Positions 50,451 through 62,100 of a stretch of DNA of 64,000 nt are shown in pieces (the first letter of the stretch is position 1; each line of letters begins with the position of its first letter). The notes beneath the pieces are model-generated. The model was not told the origin of the DNA. It saw only the letters and a list, made by a program, of their open reading frames with translations, and did no database searches. The position numbers and the translations under genes are program-made. Origin of the DNA: Camelus dromedarius (taxonomy: Eukaryota); contig NC_087436.1 in assembly GCF_036321535.1 (NCBI RefSeq), forward strand, positions 122,824,001 through 122,888,000, read 5' to 3'.

Positions 50451-51176
50451 ACAATATAGAAATATACTAAGCAGAAAATCAAAGTTCTCCAACAAATATA
50501 ACTGCCTAACAGCTTGGTATGTACTCTTCAGATCTTCAGAATCTTCTTCAAAGTATGTGTCCCTTTATAAATGATATTTTTAGAAAAACAGGATCCTATA
50601 CAGACCGCTATACCGCAGGACACCATGGCACCTTTAGTACAGGGATGGGTGTAACATTCTTTTACTGCTTCCTAGCATTTCTTCATTTGGCTTCTCCTAA
50701 ATTTAATCAACCTCTACTGAAAAGTAATAGTTATTTCAAAAATGAAAATTTTTATTTACAAATAATTGTGCTTTTACACGTAACTCTACTTGTACCTTTC
50801 CACGGGATAAACTTCTACAGGTAGCGCTGCTGAGTCAACAGCCGTACACACTTTTAATTTTTAATACATAGAGTCAAATCACGCTTTAAAACAGTTGCTC
50901 AGTTTACATTCCCAAACAGTCAGTGTTTACAGATCATATTTCTCAGTACTATCCCTGGGTACTTCTAAGTCTTTGCCAACCGGATAACTAATAGAGAATA
51001 CCTTACTGTGGTTTATATGTTTTTGATTACCAGCAAGGTTAAATATTTTTCATGTTATTGGCCATTTGACTTCTTCTTAAAGAACTGCATGATTTTTACT
51101 AGAGTATACAGGGGAGATTTATTTTTTAAATGGAAAGTAAATAATAAACTTAAATTGTGGATATCCTCCATCCTAG

Positions 51177-51302
51177 GTATTGTTGTCAAAGCTATATGGC
51201 CCACAGGGAACATTCTATTTTACTTCACATTCACCTGGAGAACACATCATTTGCTTAGAATCTAATTCTACAAGGCTTGTGTCCTTCGGAGGGAGCAAGC
51301 TG
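51177..51302 (+). CDS. TMED11: TMED11 exon 3 (GOLD domain, second Cys, NST sequon)
   Basis: cctag|[45 protein letters not shown]. Donor gtaagt. 126 nt. Confidence 0.95.
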
Positions 51303-52023
51303 GTAAGTGTAAGCCTCCCGTGCCTCTGGCGAGGAGCACGGCATCAGCACTCTTCAGGCATGACACCGACATACAGAACTGTTGCACCCAGGACGGCTGG
51401 AGGTGTGTGAAGGCCCTGTGCCCAGACCTCAGCACAGCAACCAAAGAGGGAGCTGCCGAGCTTGGAAGGGGTTCATAGGAGAACTATAAAGTTGATTAAA
51501 GGGCTTGAAAAATGAGAACTGGGAGGGAAGGTTAAGAGAACTGTGATTATTCAGGCTTGAAAACAATTGAGGGCTGAGGGTGAATTAACAATGGAATTCC
51601 AATAAATAAAACTCTTACACGGTAGATGATGATTGGCCATTTTCTAAATATGCTGAGAAGACATGATGAGAATGTATACTTTAGCATTAGAAATTTAGTT
51701 ACACGTGAAGAAAATTTTCCTGAGAGCAGTCAATTTCTCTCAGGGCCACAGGCACTCACCTAACAGTGAACAACAGTTCAGGAAGATACAAGTCCTCTTT
51801 CAGGCCCGAAGGTACCATTTTATGCATCATTATACAGAGAGAGACCACCGAGTATTACGGGGACTTGAGTGTGGTCAGGAAAAAGAGAGCTCGAGGATGA
51901 AGCAGTGTTTGCTCTGGAAAGGGGGAGAGGAGAAAAGGAAGGGATGGGAAGACACAGAGGGCAAAGAAGGGAGAGGGCGAGCTGGGCTGAGAACATGTTT
52001 CTTTCCTTTCCCTATTTGTGCAG

Positions 52024-52170
52024 CGGATCCACTTAGACATTCGAGTTGGAGAACACGACCTTGATGCAGCCATTGCTCAAGCAAAGGACAAAGTTAATGA
52101 AGTGAGCTTCAAGCTTGAACATCTAATTGAGCAAATTGAGCAAATAATCAAAGAACAAAACTATCAAAGG
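52024..52170 (+). CDS. TMED11: TMED11 exon 4 (coiled coil)
   Basis: tgcag|[52 protein letters not shown]. Donor gtcagt. 147 nt. Confidence 0.95.
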
Positions 52171-52942
52171 GTCAGTCTGCCTACTCAGCTATTCAACCTC
52201 TCCCTGCAGGAATGTAACTCTCAAGACAGAGCCCCTGAACCAAGGGAAGAATAAACTGCCTGTCCCCCTTTCTTTGAGCGAGAGCTGTGCGGACACGCAG
52301 GGACTTGGGGGAGTGATCTTCCACTGTCCACTGGACCGTGAGCTCCTCCAGGAAAGGGACTGCGGCTCATTCACCTGTAGGCTGGGCTCACAGAATGAAT
52401 AAATAAGGGCTTCCAAACACACCCGAGGACCTGGAGAGTCTCAGTGTGCCCACTTTCTAAGTCACAATTTTGTTCTTGTGACATTGTTTCCTGGGGGACT
52501 GTGCTCAGTGGACTCTGGTCAGACGTGGGCTCAGATCTGCTCCACCACTTATGAACCTTCTACCACCTCTAAGCGTCAGTTTCCTTATCCGGAAAACAAA
52601 ATGAGCACAGTGCTGCTTAAAAATAAGGACTCAAATGATGAAACTCTAACACTATTATTAGGTAATGATCACTCTGTTTGATGGTGACAAATAAAACGCA
52701 TAAAGTAACAGATCAAATACTTGATCTCTTACACCAGAGTACAAAAATGTTTTATAAGGTTGACTCTTACTCCTTGTCTTTGGCTCACAACACATCTTGG
52801 CTTAGAAAATCAGATATTGCACATTGGCATAAGATATTACCTGGGCAACATTAAGTAACTTGAATGCATAGAGCACCTTCTCCTCAAATTCATGCATGAT
52901 GTACCTTAAGAAACTAAACCTGCCTATTTCTCTTCTTCGCAG

Positions 52943-53092
52943 GACCGTGAAGAAAAATTTCGAATAACCAGTGAAGATACAAATAACAATGTTTTATGGT
53001 GGGCATTTGCACAGACACTAATCTTTATCTCAGTTGGAATTTTCCAAATGAAGTACCTTAAAGACTTCTTCATAGCTAAGAAACTTGTTTAA
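52943..53092 (+). CDS. TMED11: TMED11 exon 5 (transmembrane helix and FFxxKKxx tail)
   Basis: cgcag|[52 protein letters not shown] with TAA at 53090-53092. Not in the ORF track. Joined CDS is 651 nt, i.e. 216 aa. Confidence 0.95.
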   Translation, partial: DREEKFRITSEDTNNNVLWWAFAQTLIFISVGIFQMKYLKDFFIAKKLV

Positions 53093-53098
53093 AGTATT

Positions 53099-53144
53099 AA
53101 TAAAGGCAAATAACTACCTTCTAACCTGCATAATGCTTAATAAA
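53099..53144 (+). terminator. TMED11: TMED11 polyadenylation signals
   Basis: AATAAA at 53099-53104 and at 53139-53144. Confidence 0.7.
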
Positions 53145-53308
53145 TCAAAATACATATTCATAAATGTGCATTACTTTTATGATTTCAAAGCCATCAGAGG
53201 TCAGAATTAGTGCTACAGCATTGTGACGCTGAGTAAATGTCACTTTAACAATGCAGCTTGTGAGTTTGATAGAATAAGCACATGACTTATTTTAAACTTG
53301 CTCTAGAT

Positions 53309-53632
53309 CAGCACCGTCCAACAGAATTTTTTTTTTAAAGCTACACATGAAATTTTAAGTTTTCTGGTCACCACATTTAAAAAGCTTTTTTTTTTTTTTA
53401 ATGGAGTAGAATTAACCCTAGTGACATATGTTTAACCAATACCTCAAACATATTCCAGCTTTAACACATCATCAGTATAAAATTATTAATGAGATAGTTT
53501 ACATTTCTTTTTCGACATGAAGTCTTGGAAATCCAGGTGTATTTTACGATCAAAGCACACCTCAATTTGGACCAGCCACACTTCAAAGGCTCACGGCCGC
53601 ATGAGGTTCACAGCTGCAGCACGGGACAGAGG
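53309..53632. mobile_element. hAT-Charlie MITE (MER33/MER3-like)
   Basis: 'cagcaccgtccaacagaa...cttggaaatccaggtgtattttac...cacacctcaatttggaccagccacacttcaa...gggacag'. Confidence 0.7.
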
Positions 53633-53994
53633 GCGCGCATCCTTTCCCGACTGCATTCCACTCAGAAAGAGTCGTCCTTAATCTCTGCATTTTCCTATTT
53701 CCCTGAAAGACGGCCACCCTTCCGCACACAAGTAAATGGCCCAGAAACTTTCTCTGAACCAAGTTTTCTCAGTGGGTCCCCACTCGGCCTCGGTGCGGAC
53801 GGAAACTCTCTTCCACGGGGAGGATGGAGCATCCCACGAGGAGCGCAATTCTATGAAAAGCAACTTCTATTTATTTCCTCTAAATTTTGAAGTAATTATA
53901 AGCTCACTGCAGTTACAAAAACTAGTACAGAGAGCCCCTTACATCTGCTCCTCCAGCTACTATTTTTAAAAGGGAAACAATCTCCCCCAGGTCA

Positions 53995-55160
53995 AGCCTT
54001 TTCACGCGTACGAGGTGGGCAAGGGCCGCAGCCCGGCCCGGCGCACCTCGCGCACGCGTTCCAGCCAGTGGGCCCCGGGCCCCGGCCACACCCCATCCGG
54101 GCCCCTAATCCCCCCACCTCCCACCGGCCAGGCCCAGGTCCGCTTCCTGCTCCTCCGGCCTCTGGTCGCTCGGTCTCCCCCGCCACCACCTGCATTACGG
54201 AGGGCATGAGGGGCCGTCTGGCCCGCCCTGCCGGCCCTCGCCCTCTCGCGCCCGACACCCGGCCCGCCTCCCCACGGCCACCTCCGCCCAGGCCCCGGCC
54301 GCAACCTCACCTGACGCCGCCCCCCCGCGGAGGCCCCTGAGCCGCGACGGCCTCTCCCGCTCCGCGCCTGCGCCCACATCCCGACGCAACCACGCCGGCG
54401 CTGCGTGGGGGCCCACGCTGGGCCTGGACTACGGCGCGCTGCCCTCAGGAGAATCCCTGGGCATTGCAGCGTTGGGATGAGCGAGGCGGGTCCGCCTCCC
54501 GGTCGTCCGGCCAGAACAAGCCGCAGAGGGAAAGATCTGACTTAGGCCTCCCCGTCTTCCTGGGTTGGTACCTTCCAGCGCTTGAGTTTGGGCGGGAGCC
54601 CCGCAGAGCTTACGTTTGCGCAGGCGCGGAGTTGCAGCCTTCGGGCCACGCCCAGGTCCCGCGGCCAGGTCTCGCGTGGGCTGCGCGGGGACCCGGCCTG
54701 GGGCAGCGCGGACGCCAGGCCCGGCATGGCCAGCTGGGTGTTCTGTAATCGCTGCTTCCAGCAGCCCCGCGGGGCGTCGTGCTTCAGCCTGACCAGCTGT
54801 GGCCACGTGTACTGTGACGACTGCCTGCGCAAAGGTCAGGGCGGCGTCCGGGTGGGGGCAGCCCCCGGGCCAGGCCGGCACCCGGACCCCCGGGCAGGGG
54901 CCTGTGGGGAGGGGGCCTTTGGGGGAGGGGCGGGGGTCTTGAGGAGTGCTTCCGGGGGAGGGCCCTGGGGGGAGAGTCGGGCGCAGGGCGAGCGGCCTCG
55001 GTTCCCATCCCACATGGCACCTCATCCCTTTCCAGCTGCCTCCGGGCTTCGGGGAGCAGCGTGCTCAGCGGGGCGAGGCCTCCAGAGGGCGGCCGGGGAG
55101 ACGTGACACCTGCATCCCTGGCCCTGGCTCCCCGCGTGCGGCGGGCAGAGCGAAACGTGC
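53995..55160. promoter_or_regulatory. RNF212: CpG island / RNF212 promoter
   Basis: Dense CpG over about 1.1 kb, spanning the RNF212 ATG. NRF1-like and E2F6-like motifs are present. Confidence 0.9.
54726..54834 (+). CDS. RNF212: RNF212 (meiotic crossover RING E3 ligase, Zip3 family) exon 1
   Basis: ggcATGg. MASWVFCNRCFQQPRGASCFSLTSCGHVYCDDCLRK(G), the RING N-terminal part. Donor G|gtcagg. 109 nt. Confidence 0.96.
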
Positions 55161-55173
55161 TTTTCTTTTATAG

Positions 55174-55235
55174 GTAAAAGGGACGAATGCTTAATTTGTA
55201 AAGTTCCATGTCGTACGATTCTGCTTTCAAAACAT
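55174..55235 (+). CDS. RNF212: RNF212 exon 2 (RING C-terminal CxxC)
   Basis: ttttatag|GT. KRDECLICKVPCRTILLSKH. Donor gtaagt. 62 nt. Confidence 0.95.
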
Positions 55236-56960
55236 GTAAGTTGAAATCTGTAGTATCTGAATATTAATCCCAGTGTTTGCTTTTAAACGTGGCGCTCAGC
55301 GTTTAGTGATTTGTGGTGTTTAAAGTTTTTGTTCATTTTGCCGGGTGAACTAGGAGATTGTACAGGTTTTCAGAAGAAAGTACAGTAGGCTTGGTTCTGA
55401 ACACCCCACACAGCTTTCCCTGAAACCAGAGATGGCCAGTTGGAGCCGCGCGTTCCTGGAAACAGATCTCCTCTGGACGACACAGGCTCCTTGAGAGGTG
55501 GTGGGTCTGGTTCTCCTGGGGTCATTTCTGGTTAAGAGAGTCCGAGAAAGTTGGTAAAGTTGATTCTTTCACACTTAGGTTCTAAGATGTGTATTTGGTC
55601 TGATGTTCAATCTAAAAATTGGGCTTTTTCTAATTACAAATACAATGCAAAATCACACAAAACTCAAACATAGTAGAAAACTGTAACAGAGAATGTGAAA
55701 GTCGGCCAAACCCTGCTCCCGAGGATGACCGCAGCCAGGACTGCGGACCCTGCCCTGGGCGCACCAGTGCCCTTTGTCCCAGTGGAGCTTTCAAGTTCTC
55801 TGCAAACGACTGCGTCATCTCACGCTGTTCTCCTACGGGAAAACCTGTGGGTTTTCAGTGTTGTGCTGCGTGAGACAGCCGTGCAGTGCACGCTTTTACC
55901 ACAGTTCTGCGCGCTCGGGAGAACGTTTCTAGAGCGTAGATCCCTAGAAGTGGGAAAGCAGGGCTTTCTGTCGGGGTCTCCGTGCTGTGGAAGGCGGCCA
56001 CTCCGTTTGTCCCTTTCAGGGTCTCCGTGTGGATTCTCCCCCAGGAAGGCCCTGGGCCCTGATGGGTCAGCGACAGCACCCTAGCTTCCCTTCCTCTCTG
56101 GGGGGGCTCCGAGTTGGGCCAGGTTTTCTGTCACAGTCTGGTCTGTGCTCCCCAGGGCCCAGCTGGTACTGCTCACATTTCTGTCTTGCTTCCCTCAAAA
56201 GGTGGGGGCTAGAAGCATAGGGTGGTGTCCGGGGTCTTGGCTCACGTGTGCCTCGGCTGCTCTTGGCCCCACCTCCAGGGCTGGACCATGGGTCCTAGAG
56301 CCACTGCACCTGCGCCAGCCCCTCTGCAGGGTCCTCCAGAAGCCCCTCGGGGCCCTGGCCTTTCCAGACGCACTTCCTAGTTTTCAGCGCTGATATGGTT
56401 TTCCCCTAAATGTAGTTTTCCTGTCATTCCAGGAGAGACAGGAGCGTAAGTCAGTCCATGGCTGGACCCAGACAGCCATCCTCAAACTTGTTCCAGACCG
56501 GGGAGGGCCCGAGGCCCCTGGTCCTCTCGGTCTGGTGTGTCCTGGCCCAGGCACTTCTGTGTTCCATGTGTCCTGGGACAGCTATCGGCCGGGCTTCTGT
56601 GTTGAAGTGGCCACGGGGCAGAGGGCCTGGGGTGGGGCAGGCACTTCTGCACGAGGAGTCCCCGTGGGCAGGTGCTGTTTCTTAAACTCTCCTTTCTCAT
56701 CTGCTTTGTGAGCAGTTATCAGTCATGCTCACTGCTCTTCCCTCCTCTGATTTCACTGTTCCTTCTGCTCAGCCCCACCCTTTGCTGCTAGAGCCCTTCC
56801 AGGCCAGGGCGTGTCTCACGCAGAGATGGGACGGGTGGCCAGAGGGCTTACCAGCTGCCGGGCCCCTCCCTGGCAGCCTGCTGGCCTGCCCTCTACCCCG
56901 TGGCCCCTGGACCTCGTGGCCCTCAGGGTAGGGAAGGTAGAAGCAGCCTTTGTCTCTCAG

Positions 56961-57035
56961 ACAGACTCCGACATCCGGGCGCTCTTTCTGGGCATCGACG
57001 GCCTGTGTAGGAAGTACTCCATGGAGACCTCCCAG
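56961..57035 (+). CDS. RNF212: RNF212 exon 3
   Basis: ctctcag|ACA. TDSDIRALFLGIDGLCRKYSMETSQ. Donor gtgagt. 75 nt. Confidence 0.94.
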
Positions 57036-58494
57036 GTGAGTCGTGATGCTTCCTTGGAGACTTGGTTTGCGCTGACACCAGGAAATGGTCTCAGAGGAGA
57101 CCAGGCTACTCTCGGACCTGTGGTCATGTCGTTGGCGAGGGTCTCTGCCTCCTGTGCCAGCTCCACTGGGACAGAGCCATTTGTCACCTTGCCTTCTGCA
57201 GGTGACTGGGGACGCTGGCTTTAGCTCTGTCCAAACCCCTCCTGGCTTTGTGTCTAGAACCAGACAGCCCTGCCTCGCTACCCTATACGATGTGAGGTGG
57301 GGGGAGGAAGAGGGCCACATCAGGCCCGAAGGGAGGCCCCGGGTGTCTGCCAGCTGAGGCTCTGGCCTGGGTGCAGGGGACCTGAGCACCGTCGACGCGG
57401 TCGGGGCCCCCTGGGATGCGGCCTCATGCGTTGTAGGGACTTCTGCAGGGGCAGCCCTAGGGGCCCTTGTGTTACCCCCCCACAGGCCGATGTTCCTGGC
57501 AGAGCCTGTGTCCTCCCATACCGTGTCCCCTGACCCCGAGAGCTCTGTCCCTCGAAGGATGCAGGAGCTAGGAGGTTGGGAGGCCCTGAGGAGGAGCCTG
57601 TCCCTCCTGACCACAGCCCCGCCTTCTGGAAGCAGCCAGACCATAGAGGAGCTCTGAAGATCCGCTGTGGGCTGGGCCAGCCTCCCACAGAGGGGTTTTC
57701 TCCCTCAGTTTGTGCCAGACCAGTAAGACCCATGGAAAATGCCGAGATCCCTCAACGTTTGTGCGTGTGTTAGCAGGTTCCTGGGGAGGAGTGACATAGT
57801 TTGCCTATCGCCCAGCTCTGCCGTCCCTCCACTGTGCGCAGACAGCAGTGGGAATTGGGCTTGAGCGATTGCAGTTCAGTGTTCCCAGAGGGCAGGGCCC
57901 CTCGTCCAAACACTTTGGCTCTTTCTCCTCGCGAGTGAGTCATAAGCATCTATTTTCTGTCTCGTGCTGGCACCCTCAGGAACCCAGTCCCAACTCTGTG
58001 CACTGCGGACGTGGTGCTTGGGGTGCATGCAAACGGAGGACCAGGAATGGTGCCGGTTCCAGGCACAGCTGGCCTTGGGTGTCCAGAGCAGGTCGCTGGG
58101 CTCCCGGAATCTCGCAGCCCCTAAACTGCCCCTTCCTGCCCAGTGCACCCCCAGTCTGTGTAGCAGGTCAGAGAGGTCCTAGTTGGCACTGTCCAGTCAG
58201 GAGGCCATCTCGTGAACCAGTCCCTGCTGACTAAGGGACGGTGCACTGTGACTGGCCCGTGTGGGTCATGTCCCATCCTGTGGCCGGGGCTCTGAGCACC
58301 ACTGAAGCCCCGTGCAACCCGCACTTGAGCGGGGGCCCAGCTGTAGCCATGCACCTCCCGGGGCCCCTTGGGCACCTGCCCTGGGGTGGGCTGGGGCACG
58401 TGTCTGGAGAGGTGCCGTGGCTTGCACAGAAGCCCCCTGACCTCTGTGGCTTCCATCACGTGCCAGTGTCGGCAGTGACGTGCTGTCTTCTCAG

Positions 58495-58551
58495 GTTTCA
58501 GAATTTCAGGAAAAGCACAGGAGGAGACTGCTGGCCTTCTATGGAGAAAAG
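58495..58551 (+). CDS. RNF212: RNF212 exon 4 (coiled coil)
   Basis: ttctcag|GTT. VSEFQEKHRRRLLAFYGEK. Donor gtaagt. 57 nt. Confidence 0.94.
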
Positions 58552-59097
58552 GTAAGTCCAGTTGACCTGCCTCGGGACGCTGTGGGCAGCGGGCTGGCAC
58601 CTGTCCTGCTGGCCCTCCACCTGGGGCATCATCCCTGTGGAGTTCGGCCTTGCGGCCGCCCGGGGACCCAGCCATAGGCTCGGTGTCACCGTGGGATGTT
58701 GGGACAGACCTGTCATGACCCCGGATTCATTTGGTGCTTTTTCGCAAGCGTGACCGCGAAGTGAAAGGAAGCTCAGTGCCCACCGCTTGCCCTGGAAGTG
58801 TCCTCCTCACTTGATGTCTAAACCCGACAGAGGGCACGTGTAGCTCCCGTGGAAACGGCATTAACCTGGAGTTCCAGCTGTGCCCCGGATTAGAGCCTCC
58901 TGCCGGGGCTCCCTGCTGCCCCGATGGGCTCCTGGCCCTGGCTCTCTGGGCACCAGGTGCAGACTCCCTCAGGAATAGCGCAGGAGAGACCCCCACGTCA
59001 GCTACTCCTGGGTTAGGGGGTTGAGGGTCCGCTTGTTCTTTCCACTGCTGCTGGGCGCAGGCTCTGCAGTGACCGGAAGTTGTTCCATTGTGTCTAG

Positions 59098-59156
59098 ATT
59101 TCCAGCTTGGAGGAGTCCCTCAGGAAGTCGGCGCTGCAGCTAGAGCAGCTGCAAAG
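59098..59156 (+). CDS. RNF212: RNF212 exon 5 (coiled coil)
   Basis: tctag|ATT. ISSLEESLRKSALQLEQLQ(S). Donor gtcagt. 59 nt. Confidence 0.93.
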
Positions 59157-60399
59157 GTCAGTTCTCGGTGCACGTGGCGGGTGGGGTGCCTGCCACCCCG
59201 ACTGGTTGTCTGTCCATCCACGTCCGTCTCAGGTCTTGGTCGTGACCCAGGGAGCGAGAGAAAGAGCGCCTCTGTTTACGAGAAACTCTGTTATCCCACA
59301 AATGCAGCAGGAAGCTGGAGGGGAGGAAAGAGACTGAAAGGAAAAATTTGAAATTATGAATGGGTCCTCCAGGGCACCCTGTGATTCCTGGGGTGATAGG
59401 GGGTTCCGGGAAGAGAGTGGGTGCCACCCTCCTGCAGCGGGGGGGGGGGGGGCCCTGCCACCAGGCCCGGTCCCACCTGCAGCCCTGCTGCACGGACGGA
59501 CGAGGGGAGTGCGACAGTGCTCGGCCCCAGGGGCTCAGTGCCGCACCGCCTAGGAGACAGGCTGTGCTCCGCCAGTATGTTTTGACGTGGTGAATACCAA
59601 CAGGTCGGCGGGCGGGCAGTGTGTTACCCGGCAGGCTGCAGCGTCCGGAGCCCTGCAGGGCTGCTGTCTCCCCGGCAGTGACACGACACCCCCTCCCCGC
59701 CCCGGTGCCTGGACGCTCACCTCCCTGTCACATCTGCACTGAGCACAGCACGGCCACCAAGGGCCTCAGGCTGGAGACAGAGCTGGACGGAGCTGGGCCG
59801 CTCACTGGGCCGTGTGGGGAGGAAGGGCCTCTGCCAGCTATCAGGGTTGGGGTGATGGCGGGTGCTACCCACAGAGGTGTGTTCGGGGCCATTGGGCAGA
59901 GGCCGGGCTGTGGCCCCTTCGCCCCAGTCAGAGAGGCTGCCGCTTCATTGGAGGGTTGTGGAAGCCGGGGCGGCCAGGCCGTGTGTGCTGGGTGAGGCTG
60001 GACACCGTCAGGGGACAGCGCGTACCGTGAGCTCCCAGCCGGCCACGTGGGTCTGTCCTTCCGGGGTCTGTGCAGTTTGCTTTCTTTCTATGGAATCATG
60101 TCCTTCTTGATTATGGAAAACCCCAGCCACTGCTTTTCCTAGCTTTACCCTTCTCCAGTCTCCTGCTGTGGTTTTGTCTGTACCTGGTGTCTACCCCTGG
60201 TGGACCTGCCCCTTTAGGCCTCGGTGCCTCATGGCGTCTGCACTCTGTCCCACAGCTACAGTGGTGCGTCCTGCCCTGGCCCGTTTGTCAGTTTGTCTGC
60301 TCTGTATCGCATTTCCAGCACATCCCTGATGGTTTCTTTGGAACCCACTGGGTCCTTCAGGGTCCAGCGACCCCCATTCCTGGGCTCTCAGACGCCTGC

Positions 60400-62100
60400 C
60401 TGTGATCCCCTGACAAATTAACAGCCCCAGGGAATGTCCACCTCGTCAGAGTCAAGTCCCACCACCCTTCACAGACCCTGAACCTCTCAACTCAGCTGCA
60501 GCCAACCAGAGCCATGTGCACAAGCCGGTCAGCCACCTTGTGACCTGGCCTGACACAAGACCCGACACCCAGCCCTCAGGGCTCAAAGGGGCATCTCTCT
60601 GTGGCCCACTGTTGCCTGTGGCAGTAAGCCCTAATAAAGTCCTTTTCTATTTTCATTCTCTATCTTTGGTAAAACCTTTTACCATCCGTGATACCAGTTC
60701 TCCTTGTTCCCCAATATTTGGTGCCCCGTACGGGGGCCCCAGAGTAGGGGAGCCCTGCGGGCACATCTCCCTTTCTCTCCTCTCAGCCCTCCCTATGGGG
60801 GTCTCCCCCTGGCTTGATGGGAAGCTCCGTTCAGGTGGCCAGATCTCTGTGGCAGGCTTCCTCCTTCTCCCTCTGCCTTCCCTGGTGTTCAGGACTTCCC
60901 CTGCATCTTGCCGGGGCCGGGCCACTCTCAGCGGGCTCTGGAACTCGGTCTGATGGACAGGAGTGACCCTGGCTCTCCGGGGTGAACGTACCTGGGAAGT
61001 GCCTGCCTTCTCTGAATACCTCTGCTCTCTACTCCTGGCTACTGCGTATCCCGCTCCAGGGTCCCCGCATCGGGGAAGGTACACAGAAGGACTGATCAGC
61101 CGGTGCCTGGAGACATCAGGGCCCTGTCTCCTGGTCACGCCCAAATGTGTAAAAGGGAGAGGCCGGTCCGGCGGGGAAAGTGCTGGAAAGTCCTCCCCGC
61201 AAGCAGTGCACTGTGCCCGAACCCACTTCATCTCAGCCCGGTTCTTACTCCCCCTTCCTCCAGCTCTGGCCCTTGAGACTCTCCTTGGTTATCGGGCCCA
61301 ACCCCCTGGGGCCCCTCTGTGCTTTCTTGCCTCCAGACCGGCTGAGCCGCCCGTGGGTGAGTCCCCAACTCTTTGCTTTGCTTTACGGCCTCTGTGCTGG
61401 TTCAGCTTCTCTTCCTCAGGGGCGTCCTGGGTTAGGGGATGCTAGGAATTTGGCCCTTCTCTCTCAGGAGGAACGCCCCTGGAATAGACCCCAAGCGCTC
61501 CAGCAGGTGTCGGCCCCTTTGCAGGCCATGTCGACCTGCCCTGGTGGGCGCTGTCTCCACGTTCTCTCCTCCCCGACTGCTGTGGGGAATGCTTCTGCTC
61601 CCTGGGACTCACCTTTGGGCTGCATGTGAAAGCCCTGGGATAAGCGTGACTGCCCAGACTTTAAAGATGACGCAGCTTACCTTGTTCCGGAACGCTGCCT
61701 GACCCCAGCACCAGCTTCCAGAGCAGGAGACGTGGCTCGTTCGTGGGACTCCGAGCTGCAACCGTGTCTTCCTTTTGCCCCTGCAGTTCTTGCTGTCCAG
61801 GCCTGCGTCTCCGCCTTTCCTACGGAGTCTCACAGGCAGGTTCTTTCCTGCCCAGGTCCCTCAGGCTCCAGATGAGCCTTTCTGTGCTGGGCCCGCCCTG
61901 TGCTCCATGTGGCCTGTGTCTTCCTCCAGGGAGGACCTGCGCCTCCGCTTGCCCCGAGCCACACCTGCTGTTTCTGCCCCACCCCAGCACCGCATGGTGT
62001 GGCTTTGTTACCGCTCAGTGTGGGTCAGTCAGACACTCACCCTCCCTACGTGCCCAGTGTGGCACAGGGTTTGTCCCCCAAGAGGTTTGGAAGCAGAGCG
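60400..62100 (+). mobile_element. Truncated class-I (ERV1) provirus: LTR, PBS, leader and degraded gag
   Basis: LTR-like segment with AATAAA at 60633-60638 ending near 60716. PBS TGGTGCCCCGT at 60719. Gag matrix relic from 61582 (VGNASAPWDSPLGCM* / QTLKMTQLTLFRNAA*PQHQLPEQETW..G). Outer boundaries are approximate. Confidence 0.75.
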
